A DNA stretch of 64,000 nucleotides, taken from assembly GCA_036002045.1 (NCBI GenBank), contig DASYTT010000121.1, forward strand, positions 95 to 64,094, written 5' to 3'. Position 1 is the stretch's first letter; every line of letters begins with the position of its first letter. This document shows, piece after piece, positions 61,630 to 64,000 of this stretch. The notes under the pieces were generated by a model. The model was given only the letters and a program-made list of their open reading frames with translations, had not been told where the DNA came from and did no database searches. The position numbers were made by a program, and so were the translations under genes. This stretch comes from Gemmatimonadales bacterium. Lineage in GTDB: Bacteria; Gemmatimonadota; Gemmatimonadetes; Gemmatimonadales; GWC2-71-9.

Positions 61630-63354
61630 ATGCGCACTGCTTTTTTCCTGATCCTGTTGACGGTGGCGGCGGAATTGACTGTCGCCCAGACTCCTCCCAG
61701 GCCGGCGCGGCCGGCACCGGCACCCCGCCGGCCTCCAGCAGCGCCGAGCCGGCCGCTGCTGCCCGCGCTGCCGGACGCGCCGCTTATGGACCAATGGGAT
61801 CACCTGCGATTCGAGCTGATGGCGCCGATCCCGCAATTCCACGAGTTCGACTTCCCGTCCCTGCCCGAGCTGGCTCCGCTGGCCGAGTTGCCTCAGCTGC
61901 CGGAGCCGCTGCTGCCGCATTTGGATTGGGAATTCCAGCTGCCGCAGGCACCGCTCTGGCCGCAGCTACCGCTCGAACCCAGCGCGCCGCTTGCGCCCAT
62001 GGAGTGGCCTGCCTGGGCCGATGAAGCGGCGCACGGAAGGTTGAGCGGCCTGCGTCCCGAGCAGGGTACTCCCGAGGATTCGCTGTTCCGCAGAGCCCGG
62101 CAAGCGCTCAATCAGGGCGAATACAATCGGGCGGCGACGCTGTTCCAGTCATTCGAGCAGAAATACCCGCGCTCGCGCGTGGCACCGGCAGCCATTTATT
62201 GGCGCGCCTTCGCGCTCTACCGGTCGGGCGCTTCGGACGAGCTACGCACGGCCCTGGAAGCGCTCAAGGCCCGGCAGGAGCGCTACCCGGAGGCGGCCTC
62301 GGATGCTGACGCCGCCACGCTACGCACCAGGCTCTACGCCGCGCTCGCAGCGCGGGGGGACGCACAAGCGACGGCTGCGCTGCGGGCCGCCAATGCCTCG
62401 GGAACGAGCTGCGATCGCGAGGAGATGGATGTCCGCGCGGAGGCGCTGAATGCCCTGGCGCAGCTCGACGCCCCAGAAGCGCGGCCCACGCTCAAGCGGG
62501 TGCTAGCCCGGCGCGATGAGTGCTCGGCCACCTTGCGGCGCCGAGCAGTCTACATCCTCGGTCGGAGCGGCACCGAGGAGTCTGCGGCAGATCTCACAGA
62601 GGCGGCGAAGAACGACCCCGATCCGGGCGTGCGCAGCGATGCCATCATGTTCATCGGCCGCTCGCCTGGTGCGAGCTCGGTTCGCGTACTGGAACAGCTC
62701 TTCAACGAGAGCAGTGACGAGCGGACCCGTGCAGCCGCTCTTTCGGCACTCCGCTCGAAAGGAGGTCCCGAGGCCAAGCGTGCGCTGCGGGCGATCATCG
62801 AAAAGAGCGACGTCCCCGAGCGGATGCGCGCGGAGGCGATCCAGCAACTGGCGCGCTCCTCCGAAAAGGAGAGCGAGTGGGTGATGGTCGGAGGCCGCCG
62901 GACGCCGGCGCCGCCTACTGCTGCGGAGGAGGAGGACGCCGCCTTCCTACGCGGCCTCTACGCAAAAACCGAATCCCGCGGGGTGAAGAGCGCAATCATA
63001 TCGGCGGTGGCGCGAATCGGGGGAACGGCCAACGAGCAATGGCTACTCGAGATCGCCAAGAACCCCAATGAGGAAACCGCCCTCCGGCGCGAGGCGCTCT
63101 CCAGAATCAAGACGAGCTCGCTCCCGATCAGTGAGCTCAGCAAGCTCTTCGATGCGCTACCCGAACGGGAGCTCCGCTATGCGGTCGTCAATCAGCTCGC
63201 CAGCCGGGATGATCCCGCCGCCGTCGACAAGCTGATCGAGATCGCACGCTCGGGCACCGATCCTCAGGTCCGCCGCCAGGCCATCGCGGCCCTGGCCCGC
63301 AAGAACGACCCCAGAACCATGAAGCTCCTGCTGGAGCTGGTGGAGAAGCCATGA
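61630..63354 (+). CDS. Secreted HEAT-repeat protein with Pro-rich N-terminal region
   Basis: Track ORF 61609..63354 trimmed to ATG 61630 (MRTAFFLILLTVAAELTVAQ signal). HEAT-like units include DPDPGVRSDAIMFIG, ERTRAAALSAL, ERMRAEAIQQLA and DPQVRRQAIAALA. Confidence 0.75.
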   Translation: MRTAFFLILLTVAAELTVAQTPPRPARPAPAPRRPPAAPSRPLLPALPDAPLMDQWDHLRFELMAPIPQFHEFDFPSLPELAPLAELPQLPEPLLPHLDWEFQLPQAPLWPQLPLEPSAPLAPMEWPAWADEAAHGRLSGLRPEQGTPEDSLFRRARQALNQGEYNRAATLFQSFEQKYPRSRVAPAAIYWRAFALYRSGASDELRTALEALKARQERYPEAASDADAATLRTRLYAALAARGDAQATAALRAANASGTSCDREEMDVRAEALNALAQLDAPEARPTLKRVLARRDECSATLRRRAVYILGRSGTEESAADLTEAAKNDPDPGVRSDAIMFIGRSPGASSVRVLEQLFNESSDERTRAAALSALRSKGGPEAKRALRAIIEKSDVPERMRAEAIQQLARSSEKESEWVMVGGRRTPAPPTAAEEEDAAFLRGLYAKTESRGVKSAIISAVARIGGTANEQWLLEIAKNPNEETALRREALSRIKTSSLPISELSKLFDALPERELRYAVVNQLASRDDPAAVDKLIEIARSGTDPQVRRQAIAALARKNDPRTMKLLLELVEKP

Positions 63355-64000
63355 GCACGCGCGCGTGGAGGGTGGGATTCGGATTCGCCGTTGCTGCACT
63401 TGTCGGCGGCGCGGCAACGCTACTGGGACAAGGCGGCTTGCGCTCGCGGGTCGAGGGGGCCGGCGATGGGCGAGTGCAGTTCCGTTACGCCGCCCGTGCG
63501 GACGTCTGCGGCTACGGTTCCTCCATCTCGGTCGGCCGCTCGACCTACATCTCCAGCGGCAACGTGAATGTCTACGACGGCATAGACCGGATCTGCCGGC
63601 GCGGTCCCGTCGTGGTGCGGGTGACCCGAGCCGGCGGGCAGGTAGTCGGCGTGACCGTCGAGATCGCTCCGGAAACGACCCCGGAAGGCACCACGGACCT
63701 GGGCGCCGTCGGGGCGAACGCGGCGGCAGAATACCTCCTCGATCTCGCGGCGCGGAGCGACGGCCGACCTGCCCGAGAGGCGATCCTTCCCGCGGTGCTG
63801 GCCGACAGTGCCAGCGTGTGGCCCGGGCTGTTGACGCTGGCGCGGAACCGCGAAATCTCCCGCTCGGTGCGATCCAGTGCGATCAGCTGGCTGGGGCGCG
63901 AGCTCGACCGCTTGGCCGGCGAGGAGGCGCGCAAAGTGTCTGCCGCACTGATCGCCCTGGCCAGTGACACGGAGGAAACCCTTCCGATCCGCCAGCAGGC
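63351..64000 (+). CDS. Hypothetical secreted protein, HEAT-like C-part; 3' end beyond the window
   Basis: Not in the track (no stop in the window). ATG 63351 overlaps the upstream TGA (ATGA). My translation MSTRAWRVGFGFAVAALVGGAATLLGQ...SVRSSAISWLGRELD...TEETLPIRQQ is open to the edge. Confidence 0.6.
   Translation, partial: MSTRAWRVGFGFAVAALVGGAATLLGQGGLRSRVEGAGDGRVQFRYAARADVCGYGSSISVGRSTYISSGNVNVYDGIDRICRRGPVVVRVTRAGGQVVGVTVEIAPETTPEGTTDLGAVGANAAAEYLLDLAARSDGRPAREAILPAVLADSASVWPGLLTLARNREISRSVRSSAISWLGRELDRLAGEEARKVSAALIALASDTEETLPIRQQ

Noticed and set aside
1-64000. Search by eye for mobile elements, CRISPR arrays, tRNA/rRNA genes, toxin-antitoxin or known defence systems.
   Set aside because: I saw no transposase, integrase or recombinase-like translations. 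There are no regularly spaced direct repeats, no tRNA-like T-arm (GGTTCGAATCC-type) motifs in intergenic regions, and no recognisable defence gene families. The window looks like core chromosome.

Overview
This is a GC-rich (about two-thirds G+C by eye) chromosomal segment from a diderm bacterium. The gene content resembles Gemmatimonadota or Acidobacteriota-type genomes, but that cannot be proven from this window. About 80 protein genes are supported. Most lie on the minus strand in long, tightly packed co-directional runs, many with 4-nt ATGA/GTGA stop-start overlaps.

Landmarks:
- mnmG, two parS sites, then parA-parB-M23 peptidase-bactofilin.
- sufB-C-D-S-U followed by a bacilliredoxin gene.
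- A BMP-type ABC importer with an embedded Nif3 gene, and a NatAB-like ABC exporter.
- lspA, RNase D, def and a ferredoxin.
- An ECF sigma / anti-sigma / HEAT-repeat cluster at the right edge.
- An unusually dense set of thiol, oxidative-stress and detoxification genes: OsmC, 1-Cys Prx, MsrB, an AhpD-like gene, YfiT, three DinB-fold proteins and two VOC proteins.

I recognised no rRNA, tRNA, CRISPR array, transposase, integrase or phage gene. Many long ORFs in the track are antisense shadows typical of high-GC DNA and were ignored.

Most interesting observations:
1. An AhpD/CMD-family gene has an in-frame TGA exactly at the second Cys of its CxxC motif, followed by a SECIS-like hairpin. It is a candidate selenoprotein.
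2. A tandem pair of ~850-aa Omp85-barrel proteins carries a large, motif-rich, uncharacterised N-terminal domain.
3. A hybrid histidine kinase has lost its phospho-His and ATP-binding motifs but keeps an apparently intact receiver domain.
4. parA-parB-M23-bactofilin form a translationally coupled operon next to two parS sites in an AT-rich island.
5. Decay and fusion events: a nonsense-split YdjM-like hydrolase, an MsrA remnant fused to an unknown secreted domain, and a GGCT remnant.
6. A short repeat (GAAGCGGTGAGAGGTAA and related GGTGAGR units) sits at the 3' ends of genes, and a G-quadruplex motif lies nearby.

All functional calls rest on my reading of the translations. No database search was run.
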